Below the pieces are notes generated by a model that was given only the letters and a program-made list of their open reading frames with translations, was not told where the DNA came from and made no database searches. From the NCBI GenBank assembly GCA_044225365.1, contig JBGAIQ010000004.1, positions 64,001-128,000 of the forward strand: a stretch of DNA of 64,000 bases, written 5' to 3'. The translations under genes were made by a program, and so were the position numbers. Shown here piece after piece: positions 8,398 through 17,957 of the stretch (positions are counted from its first letter, which is position 1; each line of letters begins with the position of its first letter). The DNA comes from Planctomycetota bacterium. Lineage in GTDB: Bacteria > Planctomycetota > B15-G4 > JADJEK01.

Positions 8398-10085
8398 TTT
8401 CGTTCCTATTCTCCCTCGTCGCTCTCGTCGCCCCGCCCCTCGCTCCCGAACCGGTCAAACTCGTCGATCCCAAGTCGCTCGACGGCGACTTCGCCGTGAA
8501 GGCGATGCGCGAGGAGATGGCGCGCACGATGAGTCGCCTCCGCCTCGAGAATTCGGATCCGCCGTTCATCGTCGAATACACGCTGAACTCACAGAAAGCG
8601 TTCGTGGTGAACGCCAGTTTCGGCGCGCTCACCAATGACGGCGACAACGTGAATCGCTCGGTCACCGTCGGGATCCGCGTCGGCGACTACACGATGGACA
8701 ACACGAACTTCGCGGGCGGGTTCGGCGGCAGCACCGCGCGGACCGGAGTCCCGAAGGACGACGACTACGAGACGGTTCGCCACAACCTCTGGCTCGCCAC
8801 CGACGAGGCCTACAAAGGCGCCGTCGAGCAGATGGCGCAGAAGAAGGCGTGGTTGAAGACGAACACCGTGAAGGACCATCCCGGCGATCTCACGAAGGTT
8901 GCGCCCACGGTGCACATCGAGCCCGAACGCACGCTGGTCGTCGACAAGGAGAAGGCCAAGGAGATCGCCCGCAAGCTCTCCGGCCTGTTCCGCGACGCGC
9001 CGAAGATCCAAGGATCGTCGGTCAGCGTCGTCGCTGTCGCCGGCAACGATCTCACGATCTCGAGCGAAGGTTTCTTCTATCGCAAGGGCGAGACGTTCGC
9101 TCGAGTCACGGTCACGGCGGGCACGCAGGCCGACGACGGCATGCCGCTCGGCGACCTCTGCGTGTTCTACGCGCCGAGCGCCGACAAGCTCCCGTCGCTC
9201 GAATCGATGGAGAAGGACGTGAAGGCGATGATCGATCGCCTGAGCGGCCAGACATCCGCGCCGCGGGCCGACGAGTACGTCGGACCCGTCCTCTTCGAAG
9301 GCGATGCCGCGGCGTTCTGCATGATGGAGCTCCTCGTCGACCGCCTCACGAATCCACACGAACCGCTCGGCGCCAAGAACTCCGGGACCCCGTTCAAGAA
9401 TCGCCTGAAGAAGCGCGTCGCCCCGGCGTTCCTCTCGGTCGTCGACGATCCGTCGCAGACCGAATGGAACGGCACGCCGCTCATGGGCTCGTTCTCGCTC
9501 GACGACGACGGCGTACCGCCGCAGGCGATCACGCTCATCGACGAAGGACGCCTCAAGAACTGGTACATGAGCCGCATTCCGACACGCATGATCAAGGACA
9601 CGAACGGGCACAGCAAGAACGGCGTCGGCGGGCCGGGCTGCGTGTTCGTCAAGTCGACGAATTCGATGAGCAAGGAGAAGCTGCGCGCGGAACTCCTGCG
9701 CATCGCGAAGGAGCAAGAGTTGCCCTACGCGATCCGCGTCGAGACGCTCGCGCGCGCCGACGTGCAGGTGAGCGGACGCTCGGCGAGCGGCGCCTACGGC
9801 AACGGCAACATCCGCCTGTCGCCGCCGATCGCGGCGTACCGCGTCTACCTCGACGGTCACGAGGAGTTGATCCGCGGTGCCGAGTGGCAAGGCGTCACAT
9901 TGCGTACATTGCGTGATATCGACTACACCGGTGACACTCCCCACGTGCTGAACGCGCTGCGCGGCTCGGGCTTCGTCTCGGTCGTCTGCCCCGACATCCT
10001 GGTCGAGGAGATCGAAGTGAAGAAGCCCGCCGAGCAAGAAGTGAAGCGGCCGTATCTCGAGCATCCGTACTTCGCGAAGCCTTGA
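8394..10085 (+). CDS. PmbA/TldE-like partner subunit with predicted signal peptide
   Basis: ATGA overlap with tldD; IRVGDY, YVGPVLFEG, SVVDDP, DDDGVP, TNGHS; no HExxxH, as expected for TldE. Confidence 0.8.
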   Translation: MISFLFSLVALVAPPLAPEPVKLVDPKSLDGDFAVKAMREEMARTMSRLRLENSDPPFIVEYTLNSQKAFVVNASFGALTNDGDNVNRSVTVGIRVGDYTMDNTNFAGGFGGSTARTGVPKDDDYETVRHNLWLATDEAYKGAVEQMAQKKAWLKTNTVKDHPGDLTKVAPTVHIEPERTLVVDKEKAKEIARKLSGLFRDAPKIQGSSVSVVAVAGNDLTISSEGFFYRKGETFARVTVTAGTQADDGMPLGDLCVFYAPSADKLPSLESMEKDVKAMIDRLSGQTSAPRADEYVGPVLFEGDAAAFCMMELLVDRLTNPHEPLGAKNSGTPFKNRLKKRVAPAFLSVVDDPSQTEWNGTPLMGSFSLDDDGVPPQAITLIDEGRLKNWYMSRIPTRMIKDTNGHSKNGVGGPGCVFVKSTNSMSKEKLRAELLRIAKEQELPYAIRVETLARADVQVSGRSASGAYGNGNIRLSPPIAAYRVYLDGHEELIRGAEWQGVTLRTLRDIDYTGDTPHVLNALRGSGFVSVVCPDILVEEIEVKKPAEQEVKRPYLEHPYFAKP

Positions 10086-10264
10086 GCGTCCGCGCGGTTG
10101 GCGACGGAGCGGAGATGCCGGGCTGGAGCCCGGCGCTCCGAATCCATCCCTTCGCAGGAGCCGTCATGCAGCGTTCGAGCGTCCGCGCGGTTGGCGACGG
10201 AGCGGAGATGCCGGGCTGGAGCCCGGCGCTCCGAATCCATCCCTTCGCAGGAGCCGTCATGCAG
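10084..10264. repeat. Two direct copies of an 88-bp unit (period 93) containing a REP-like palindrome
   Basis: 10084-10171 and 10177-10264 read identical; core GCCGGGCTGGAGCCCGGC; lies between convergent genes. Confidence 0.9.
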
Positions 10265-10877
10265 GGCTGGGGACCGGCGCCTCGTGAAACGCAGACACGG
10301 CGCACGTCGAGGTTCGGCCGTGCCGGAGTGACGCTGCGAGCAACGCGCGCCCGCGGTGGAGTCGGGTCTTGACGAGTTCCACGGTGATTCCGCATTCCTG
10401 CGCGATCACTCTCAGATCGAGACCGCGCCCATAGCGCATGAGCAATACGCGGCGTTCGGGCTCCGCGAGGTCGGCGACGGCGCGCCACAGACCCTCGAGC
10501 GGATCGCCTGCAGGTGGATCCAGTTCGAGCGGAGTCTCGCGCACGCACGCCTCGCAGACGAATGCGAGTTCGTCGTTCAGCGGCGCCTCGTATCGGACGC
10601 GACGCCGGCGGATCTTGTCGATGGCGATGTTCTTCGCGATGCGGGAGACCCACGCCACGAACGGGCGTTCGGGCCGCATGTAGCTGGCACGCTGGTAGGC
10701 CCGCATCAGCGCTTCCTGCGCGAGGTCCTGCGCGAGGTGATAGTCGAAGACCACCCGACGGCCCGCGCGAACGATCGCATCGAAATGCCGTCGCACCAGC
10801 TCATCGAACGCTTCGCGATCCCCATGACGCGCCCGTTCCACGATCTCCCTGTCCGTTTCGTCGACCGCCTGAACCAC
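10257..10877 (-). CDS. ECF-type RNA polymerase sigma factor
   Basis: GDREAFDELVRRH...AQDLAQEALMRAY...FVAWVSRIAKNIAIDKIRR (region 2); LAEPERRVLLMRY...VKTRLHRGR (region 4); GGAGG RBS. Confidence 0.88.
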   Translation of the reverse strand: MVQAVDETDREIVERARHGDREAFDELVRRHFDAIVRAGRRVVFDYHLAQDLAQEALMRAYQRASYMRPERPFVAWVSRIAKNIAIDKIRRRRVRYEAPLNDELAFVCEACVRETPLELDPPAGDPLEGLWRAVADLAEPERRVLLMRYGRGLDLRVIAQECGITVELVKTRLHRGRALLAASLRHGRTSTCAVSAFHEAPVPSPA

Positions 10878-11135
10878 GAACCACCTCCGCGTTGCCTGTC
10901 GTTTCTTGCGAGCCCTCGCTCCACGCGGAGGGAACGACGCGGCGAAGGCCGGACGGTTGCGCCGAAAAACTGCGACGGGCGACGGGAGAACGCTCCGACT
11001 CGGTCGGAGTTACTCCGGAATGCAGCAAGAAACCTCGCGCAGCGCGGATTCGAAATCGTTCACGAGCGAGGTCGATCGTGCGCCGGTGCGAGGCTTCGCG
11101 CGGGCGGCGACCTCATCCCGACACAAGTGATACGT

Positions 11136-11912
11136 TCAGTGCGCGCGGCGGATCTGGATGAGCTCGGCGGCGACCGAGATCGCGATCTCCTCGGCCGAGC
11201 GAGCGCCGATCGGCAGGCCGATGGGCGTCTTGATCCGCTCGAGGAACGCTTCGGATACACCCGACTCGCGCAGATGCCGGGTGAGCGTGATGAGCTTCGA
11301 CTTGCTGCCGATGAGACCGAGGTAGCGACAGGCTTGCGTCGGCTTCTCGAGCGCGCGCAGGACCGCCGTGTCGTCCTTGTGTCCCCGGGTCATGACGATC
11401 ACGAAGTCGGAAGGATCGAAGGCGATCGACTGGACGATCTCCTCCCAGGATCCCGTTCTGCACTCCGCAGCGAGCGGAAAACGCTCCGGCGTCGAGAATT
11501 CCCTGCGATCGTCGGCCACGATGAACCGGAATCCCGCAGGCACGAGCACGGCACACAACGCGCGCGCGACGTGACCCGCGCCGAAGACGACGACGTTGGG
11601 CATGGTGATGGGCTCGATGAAGATCTCGATTCGACCGCCGCAAACGAGGCCCGTCTCCGGATTGTCGTTCTCGTTGAGATCGACGGAGAATCGCTGCGAG
11701 CGCTCGTTCCTCGCCACCTCGCGACCACGCGACACCACTTCGGCTTCGACGCAACCGCCGCCGACCGAACCGATGCAACGTCCGTCCGATTTCACCAGCA
11801 TCTTCATCGTGGTCTTGCCGGGCGTCGAGCCGAGCGTTCCGATGACCGTGGCGAGCGCAGCGGAACCTCCGTGGCTCTGGATCCGTACAATTTCTTCGTA
11901 GATGGGAAGCAC
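11136..11912 (-). CDS. xdhC: XdhC/CoxI-family molybdoenzyme maturation protein
   Basis: ALATVIGTLGSTPG, GSVGGGCVEA, GLVCGG, FGAGHV, VIVMTRGH, YLGLIGS, TPIGLPIGARSAEEIAISVAAEL; GTG start at 11912. Confidence 0.85.
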   Translation of the reverse strand: MLPIYEEIVRIQSHGGSAALATVIGTLGSTPGKTTMKMLVKSDGRCIGSVGGGCVEAEVVSRGREVARNERSQRFSVDLNENDNPETGLVCGGRIEIFIEPITMPNVVVFGAGHVARALCAVLVPAGFRFIVADDRREFSTPERFPLAAECRTGSWEEIVQSIAFDPSDFVIVMTRGHKDDTAVLRALEKPTQACRYLGLIGSKSKLITLTRHLRESGVSEAFLERIKTPIGLPIGARSAEEIAISVAAELIQIRRAH

Positions 11913-12002
11913 GGGGACAGGATAGCACCACAATGTCGTAGCGCGATTCGTTCCGTCGCCCCCCGGGACCGATCGTTCTCCTATAACTCCCGAGTGTCCG
12001 CC

Positions 12003-13388
12003 ATGGCGATTCCAAGCACCCTGCGTCCGTCCCTTCTCGTCCTCGCGCTCGTCGCGACTCCCGTGTACGCAAAGAATGCGACGGTCGACGAGATCCTCGT
12101 CATTCGAACCAACACGACCAACTCGACGAAGAACCAGGCGGTTCGGATCCACCGACCCGCCGGGACGACCCCGAACTCGATCGGTCCGACGCTGGCCTCC
12201 GACGAGACGTTCAACAAGCTGAGCGGCGACCTCCCCACGCGTTTCGTCTTCGCGGGCGACGGCGATGGCGACGGCGTCGACGAGGTCTACCAAGTGCGGC
12301 AGCAACTCTCGGCCGCGAAGGACCTGCGCCTGCGAGCGTTCCTCCCGCCCGACGAGTTCCTGGGATCGACCGGCCCGGCGATCGCGAGTTCGAAGAAGGG
12401 CACTCTCGGGCGAGCCTCGGGGAGCGCAAAGATCACCGCGATGGGCTGCGGCGACATCTCCGACAACGCGATCGACGAAGCGCTGATCATCAAGAGCGCC
12501 GCGAACGGCACGCAGGACCTCGAAGTGAGAGCGCTGCCGCATCAGAAGAACGAAGCGATGGACGTCGTGACGGCGAGCATCCTCGCGATCGACTCCGCGG
12601 TCGAGACCTCGATCGTCGGCGTGTGCGGCGTCGATTGGGACGGAATCGGCGGCGACGAAGTCGCGATCCTGAAGAAGTCGCCCGTGGGCTTCGCGCTCGA
12701 GATCTACCGCGGCCCCACGACTCTGGGAGAAGCGCCGCAACTCCTCGCATCGGCCCCGACGGTGCCCACGCTCGGCGGTCTCGAACCGACCTCCATCTGC
12801 CGCATGCGATTCGACTCGGATGCCGCCGACGAGATCGGGATCCTGCTCACGAACTCGAATGGCGTCGGTCGCTACCTGATCTACGACCTGCCAACCGGCC
12901 CCTCGGCAGGCCTTGCCGCACCCCTCTTCGACGACAACGCGAGCGACCCTTCCACCGACGGCCTCTCGTCCTACGCGTGGATGACGCTTCGCGGATACTC
13001 ATTCAAGGCCCCGCCTGCGAACATCGCGGGCACGTGGTCGGGAACGTTGAAGCACACCGTTCAGGGTCAGACCGAGACGATCGCGCTCGATCATGACATC
13101 ATCGCGCAGCAGGCGGGTTCGGTCCTCACCCTCGCGCTCCCGCTCTTCAACCTCGCGCAGGCGAACTACGTGGCGGGCGCCAACCTCTTCACCGTGACGA
13201 CCACCCCCGTGAACCTCGATGCCCCCGGCACGGGCACGCACTACGCGCTCACTTTCGGCCCTGGAATCGTCTTCGCCGGCTCCGGCGGCACGTTCATCTA
13301 CGGCCAATACGTCGGGAAGAAGAAGCTCCCGCTGGGCCAGGAGGCCGATGTCACTTCCGGCCTCTACCTCTTCGAGGCATTTCACTGA
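12003..13388 (+). CDS. Secreted protein with FG-GAP-like Ca-binding repeats
   Basis: Signal peptide MAIPSTLRPSLLVLALVATPVYA; repeats AGDGDGDGVDEV, CGDISDNAIDEA, GVDWDGIGGDEV, RFDSDAADEI. Confidence 0.7.
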   Translation: MAIPSTLRPSLLVLALVATPVYAKNATVDEILVIRTNTTNSTKNQAVRIHRPAGTTPNSIGPTLASDETFNKLSGDLPTRFVFAGDGDGDGVDEVYQVRQQLSAAKDLRLRAFLPPDEFLGSTGPAIASSKKGTLGRASGSAKITAMGCGDISDNAIDEALIIKSAANGTQDLEVRALPHQKNEAMDVVTASILAIDSAVETSIVGVCGVDWDGIGGDEVAILKKSPVGFALEIYRGPTTLGEAPQLLASAPTVPTLGGLEPTSICRMRFDSDAADEIGILLTNSNGVGRYLIYDLPTGPSAGLAAPLFDDNASDPSTDGLSSYAWMTLRGYSFKAPPANIAGTWSGTLKHTVQGQTETIALDHDIIAQQAGSVLTLALPLFNLAQANYVAGANLFTVTTTPVNLDAPGTGTHYALTFGPGIVFAGSGGTFIYGQYVGKKKLPLGQEADVTSGLYLFEAFH

Positions 13389-13524
13389 CGCGTGCCGGAG
13401 CGGCTGCGCTCCCGATCGTCGATTTCGCCGCAAAAGGTGCAGATTCGCCTTTGGCTGCTACGATCTCGCGATGATGGACCGGACGGCCGGTACTCGACTC
13501 ACGGAGCGTCGGAGAGGCATCTCG

Positions 13525-14454
13525 ATGGCAGAGGAACTTTATCTCGTGATCCACCTCGGACGCCCGGGCGAGCCGGCCGCCGAGGGGCAGGATTCGACCG
13601 CGCCTCTCCTCGTCTCGAAAGTGAAAGGGGCGAAGGGAGCGGATCCGGATGTCGCCGGCAAGAACCCCGCCGATTCGATCGTCGTGTACCAGGGTCCCGT
13701 GGGTTGGGTCGCCTGCGACAAGGGCACGGACGAAGTGAAGACATTGGCGCGAGACACCTGGGCCGACCTCGGCGGCTGGCGCCTCAAGCTGATCGAGCAG
13801 AAGGACGGACCTCCGAAGGAGAGCACGAACAGCAGCATCGTCGAGAACTCGATCGTCAACAACAGCAACTTCCTCGCGCCCTACCTGCTGATCTACGACA
13901 GCGCGCACGCCGGGCAGCCCCCGCGCCGCGAGACCCTGCCGATCCGCGAGGGCGTGGAGCGGCTGCTCGGCCGATCGCGGGCCGAAGGGCGAATCGTGAT
14001 CGACGACCGTCGCGTTTCGCGCGATCACCTGCGCTTCTACGTCGAGGGCGGAGCGATCCACGTCGAAAACCTCTCGCAGTTCCCGCCGACGCTCGAACTC
14101 AATGGCGAACAATCGCGGATCACCGGCCGCTTGAAGCTCGTGCACAAGGCGAAGATCAAGATCGGCGGCAGCTACGTGGAGTTCTTCAATCCGCTCGACG
14201 TGGTGCCGGCGGGGAAGGACAAGCCGCGCGACAGCAAGACTGCGATTCCGACGGTTCCCGCACCCTCGGCCGCACCCGACGGGGGCCAAGTCGACGCAGC
14301 GGCGCAAGCGGCCAAACCGGGAGCGGGATCGCAGACCGAGGGTGGCTCCGACACGGTCGCACAAGAAGGTTTCGACTGGGTCGAGAAGACGCTCGTCGTG
14401 CTCGCCGTCCTCCTCGTCATCTGGCTCGTGTACTTCGTCTTCAAGTTCATCTGA
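13525..14454 (+). CDS. FHA-domain protein with C-terminal TM anchor
   Basis: GGAGAGG RBS; LLGRS...IDDRRVSRDH...KIKIGG; Pro/Ala linker; terminal TM TLVVLAVLLVIWLVYFVF. Confidence 0.78.
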   Translation: MAEELYLVIHLGRPGEPAAEGQDSTAPLLVSKVKGAKGADPDVAGKNPADSIVVYQGPVGWVACDKGTDEVKTLARDTWADLGGWRLKLIEQKDGPPKESTNSSIVENSIVNNSNFLAPYLLIYDSAHAGQPPRRETLPIREGVERLLGRSRAEGRIVIDDRRVSRDHLRFYVEGGAIHVENLSQFPPTLELNGEQSRITGRLKLVHKAKIKIGGSYVEFFNPLDVVPAGKDKPRDSKTAIPTVPAPSAAPDGGQVDAAAQAAKPGAGSQTEGGSDTVAQEGFDWVEKTLVVLAVLLVIWLVYFVFKFI

Positions 14455-14498
14455 TGGCAAGAACTACCCCTCCCTCTCTACCGATCGGCTGACCCGCC

Positions 14499-15179
14499 GT
14501 GCTCTCCCCTTCCGAGCTGTTCGAGCAATATCAGAACTACGGCAAGGCGCTCTCGCATACCTTTGCCAAGCGGCTCGGATCGCGACGGATCGCGACGGAG
14601 GACATCCTCCAGTGGGGAATGACCGGGTTGTGGGAAGCCTCGCAGCGCTTCAACCCCGAAGGCACCGTGACGTTCGAGACCTTCGCGTACTATCGCGTTC
14701 GCGGCGCGATCTACGACGAACTGCGCAAGCTCTCGATGACTCCGCGTTCGACGCGTAGGAAAGCCGCCGAGATGCGCGGCCAGGACGAGTATCTGCAAAG
14801 CGAAGTGCCGACGTTCGACCCGCGAGCGAGCGATGCCGATCAGGCGCGCACGATGCGCGACGCGATCCGTGGGCTCGGCGCCGTGTTCCTCGCATCGCAG
14901 CTCACGAGCGAGGACGGCGAGAACCCGCTCGAGAACATCGCTGAACCGGAGAAGGACGATCCCGTCGACCGTGAGTTGATTGGCAAGACGAAGATCGCGA
15001 TGCAGTCGCTTCCTGAACGTCAACGCACGGTCTTGATGGAGTTCTACGTCAAGGGCCGCAGCATGTCGGAGATCGCGGACACGCTCGGTGTGAACAAGGC
15101 GACGGTCTCGAGGGAGCACGCGCGCGCCGTCGAGCAGTTGCGCGATGCACTCGGACTCGTTCCAAAGCCACCGAAGTAG
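14499..15179 (+). CDS. FliA/WhiG-like (group 3) sigma factor, short form
   Basis: EDILQWGMTGLWEASQRFNP...FETFAYYRVRGAIYDELRK...PRS; region 4 LPERQRTVLMEFYV...SMSEIADTLGVNKATVSREH. Confidence 0.82.
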   Translation: MLSPSELFEQYQNYGKALSHTFAKRLGSRRIATEDILQWGMTGLWEASQRFNPEGTVTFETFAYYRVRGAIYDELRKLSMTPRSTRRKAAEMRGQDEYLQSEVPTFDPRASDADQARTMRDAIRGLGAVFLASQLTSEDGENPLENIAEPEKDDPVDRELIGKTKIAMQSLPERQRTVLMEFYVKGRSMSEIADTLGVNKATVSREHARAVEQLRDALGLVPKPPK

Positions 15180-15279
15180 CGGTTTGTTTCGACGGACCCC
15201 TCAAAGGAAGGGGTTCCACTTGCCGATCTATGCAAGCGAAGGAATCGAGTCCTCGCAGGAAGATCGGAGCAGTTACGGC

Positions 15280-17001
15280 GTGAGCGCGACAGGGAACGTT
15301 CAACAGTCGGCGATCCGCTCTGCATCGAATGCCGGCGAGGATGCGGTCGTCGAACCGGTAGAAGTTCACGGCAAGCCCTCGCCGTGGAACGCCTACCTCG
15401 AACAACTGCGCTCGCGCGGTCCCATCTGGGCGCGGTACGACTTCAAGGGCGAGATTGCGCGCGGCGGCATGGGCGTCGTGTATCGCGTCCATGACGCCGA
15501 CACGATGCGATCGTTGGCGTTGAAGGAGATGCGGCCCTCCGACGGCGCTGGGTCGAACGTGACTCCGGCGTCGAATGGGACCCTGCTCGCCCGTTTCGTC
15601 GAGGAAGCTCAGATCACGAGTCAGCTCGACCACCCCGGAATCGTCCCGGTCCATGAGATCGGCGTCGACGACAAGGGTCGCGTTTACTTCACGATGAAAC
15701 TGGTCGAGGGCGAGACCCTTCGCGCCGTCATCGAGAAGGTGCACTTCGGGATCGATGGTTGGAATCCGACTCGGGCCGTCCACGTGCTGCTCAAGGTCTG
15801 CGAGGCGATGTCCTACGCCCACTGGAAGGGCGTGCTGCATCGCGATCTGAAGCCCGCGAACATCATGGTCGGTCAGTTCGGCGAAGTGTACGTGATGGAC
15901 TGGGGTCTCGCCCGGCTCCTCGGTCCGACCGCGAAGTACGCGATCGAGAACCTCACCGAACACCCCGCCCCTCGAGTGCGGACCGTGCGACGCAGTCAAG
16001 GCACGCTCGATCAGGAAGACTCCGAACTGACGGTCAACGGCGACATCGTCGGCACCCCGTCGTACATGGCGCCCGAACAGGCGTTCTCCGAGAAGGCCGC
16101 GCTCGGCCCGCACAGCGACGTCTACTCCGTCGGCGCGATGCTCTATCACGTGCTCACCGGCGTGATCCCCTACACTTCGTCTCAGGAAGCCGTCACGCCA
16201 GAGCAAGTCGTCGAGCTGTTGAAGAAGCACGCTCCCGATCCGATCGAATCGCTGAATCCAAAGGCGCCGCCCGAGCTCGTCGCGATCTGCGAGAAGGCGA
16301 TGGCGCGCCACGTCGAGAAGCGATATCCCACGATGAATGCACTCGCGAACGACCTGCGGGCGTACCTCGAGCATCGCGTCGTTCGCGCCTATGCGAGGGG
16401 GCCCTGGGCCGAACTCCACAAGTGGTTCGATCGCAATCAGGCGTTCGCCGCCACGATCGCCGCGATGATCACGCTCGTCTCGCTGCTCGGAAGCTACGGC
16501 GCCTTCCGCCTGCACAATGAACGCGACGACGCCCTCCTCCGACTCGACATGACAGAGTCCGCGCTTACCCAGGCGAGACATCTCCAATACACGGCGGAGC
16601 GTCGCGCGCAGAGTCTCGACGGCACCATTGATCGCTATCTCCCGTTGATCGACTCCGACGAACTCGCCTCGTTGCGCGCCGATTTCTCGCGGCTCGCGAG
16701 TTCCGAGGACACGAAGTCCCTTCCCGAGATCAACGCATGGATCGCGTCGGCGCGGGATCTGCTGACGCGCGCGGAGCGACACCGCAAGGCGCATGCGTCG
16801 GTGAGCGAGAGTGCGACTCCACGGAACACGGAGACGGCGGCGCTCACTGCCGCGCTCGAGAGCCTCGTCGCGGGACTCGCGGAACTGCAGCGCACGGACG
16901 AAGCGGGAGCGATGACCGTCGCAGCGATGGAGAAGACCGCCGAGCGCCTTGCGGCAGAGAACCACAAGAAGAAGCTCGCATCCAAGCACGCGACGCACTG
17001 A
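15280..17001 (+). CDS. Ser/Thr protein kinase (Hanks type) with TM and helical C-terminus
   Basis: IARGGMGVVY, ALKEM, HPGIVPVHE, HRDLKPANIM, DWGLA, GTPSYMAPEQ, SDVYSVG. Start uncertain (ORF open from 15145). Confidence 0.92.
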   Translation: MSATGNVQQSAIRSASNAGEDAVVEPVEVHGKPSPWNAYLEQLRSRGPIWARYDFKGEIARGGMGVVYRVHDADTMRSLALKEMRPSDGAGSNVTPASNGTLLARFVEEAQITSQLDHPGIVPVHEIGVDDKGRVYFTMKLVEGETLRAVIEKVHFGIDGWNPTRAVHVLLKVCEAMSYAHWKGVLHRDLKPANIMVGQFGEVYVMDWGLARLLGPTAKYAIENLTEHPAPRVRTVRRSQGTLDQEDSELTVNGDIVGTPSYMAPEQAFSEKAALGPHSDVYSVGAMLYHVLTGVIPYTSSQEAVTPEQVVELLKKHAPDPIESLNPKAPPELVAICEKAMARHVEKRYPTMNALANDLRAYLEHRVVRAYARGPWAELHKWFDRNQAFAATIAAMITLVSLLGSYGAFRLHNERDDALLRLDMTESALTQARHLQYTAERRAQSLDGTIDRYLPLIDSDELASLRADFSRLASSEDTKSLPEINAWIASARDLLTRAERHRKAHASVSESATPRNTETAALTAALESLVAGLAELQRTDEAGAMTVAAMEKTAERLAAENHKKKLASKHATH

Positions 17002-17010
17002 AGCTGGAGA

Positions 17011-17784
17011 TCACGTCAGCCGGCGGCGGATCCATGCGTCGTAGAGGCGCGGAGCGATCATCCCGAGGATTCCCTTCACGCGCCAAGCCTTCGTGGCCTC
17101 GACGTAGGGCTCGCCGGAGCGAAGCGCTCGAATCACGAGTTCTGCGGAGTCCGCCGCCGAAGTCGTCGCATCGGTGGTCACCGCCCCACCGAGCGCACGG
17201 GCATGGATCTGCGTGCGCGTCGGACCCGGCGAGACGAGGCTGACTCGAATCGGAGTGCCCGAGAGTTCGGCGCGCAGTGCGTCGGCGAAGGCGACCAAGG
17301 CCCCCTTCGTCGCCGAATAGGCTGCGGCGAATGGGGTCCCCCGGCGCCCGGCGTAGGAACCGACGAGGACGATTCGACCATCCTCCGCATTGCGAAGGAG
17401 CGGCATCGCGAGTCGCACCGTGAGCAGCGCCCCGAGGACGTTCGTCGCAACGATGCGCTCGAGATCCATCTCCGACATCGACTCGAAGGGCCCGCGTGCA
17501 AGGATCGCCGCGTTGGCGATCACGGCGTCGAGACTCCCGAAACGCTCGCTCAGAAGGGCGAACGCCTGCGTCATCGATCTCGCATTGCCGACATCGGCGG
17601 CGAGGACGAGGGCGTCGTCTTTCGAAGTCCAGTTCGCCGAAACGGCCTCGAGGGCCTCGACGTCGCGCCCCAAGAGAGCGACTCGCGCGCCGAGTTCATG
17701 GAGACGCTGCGCCAGCGCCGCCCCGATTCCCTGGGATGCGCCGGTGATGAGGATCTTCTTGCCTTCGAGACGAGATTGCGACAC
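17011..17784 (-). CDS. SDR-family oxidoreductase
   Basis: ILITGASQGIG, NAAI, YSATK, VSPGPT; likely GTG start at 17784. Confidence 0.88.
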   Translation of the reverse strand: MSQSRLEGKKILITGASQGIGAALAQRLHELGARVALLGRDVEALEAVSANWTSKDDALVLAADVGNARSMTQAFALLSERFGSLDAVIANAAILARGPFESMSEMDLERIVATNVLGALLTVRLAMPLLRNAEDGRIVLVGSYAGRRGTPFAAAYSATKGALVAFADALRAELSGTPIRVSLVSPGPTRTQIHARALGGAVTTDATTSAADSAELVIRALRSGEPYVEATKAWRVKGILGMIAPRLYDAWIRRRLT

Positions 17785-17957
17785 GGCGACCCGTTTCAGG
17801 GGACGGAAGGCCGCATGATAGGAGGTCGGATCCGCAGCGAAGCGCCGAACCGCGAATGCACGCACGTCCGTCTCCATCCGCCAACTGCCGATGGCCATCT
17901 GCGTTCTCTCCCGGCATAATCGCGGGTTTGCGTGTCCGTCGAAGCCTCCGCGGTGCG

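Noticed and set aside
10356-12002. N-terminal half of the 1010-aa ORF (10356..13388)
   Set aside because: It is antisense to the ECF sigma and xdhC genes; the credible protein starts at ATG 12003 with a signal peptide.
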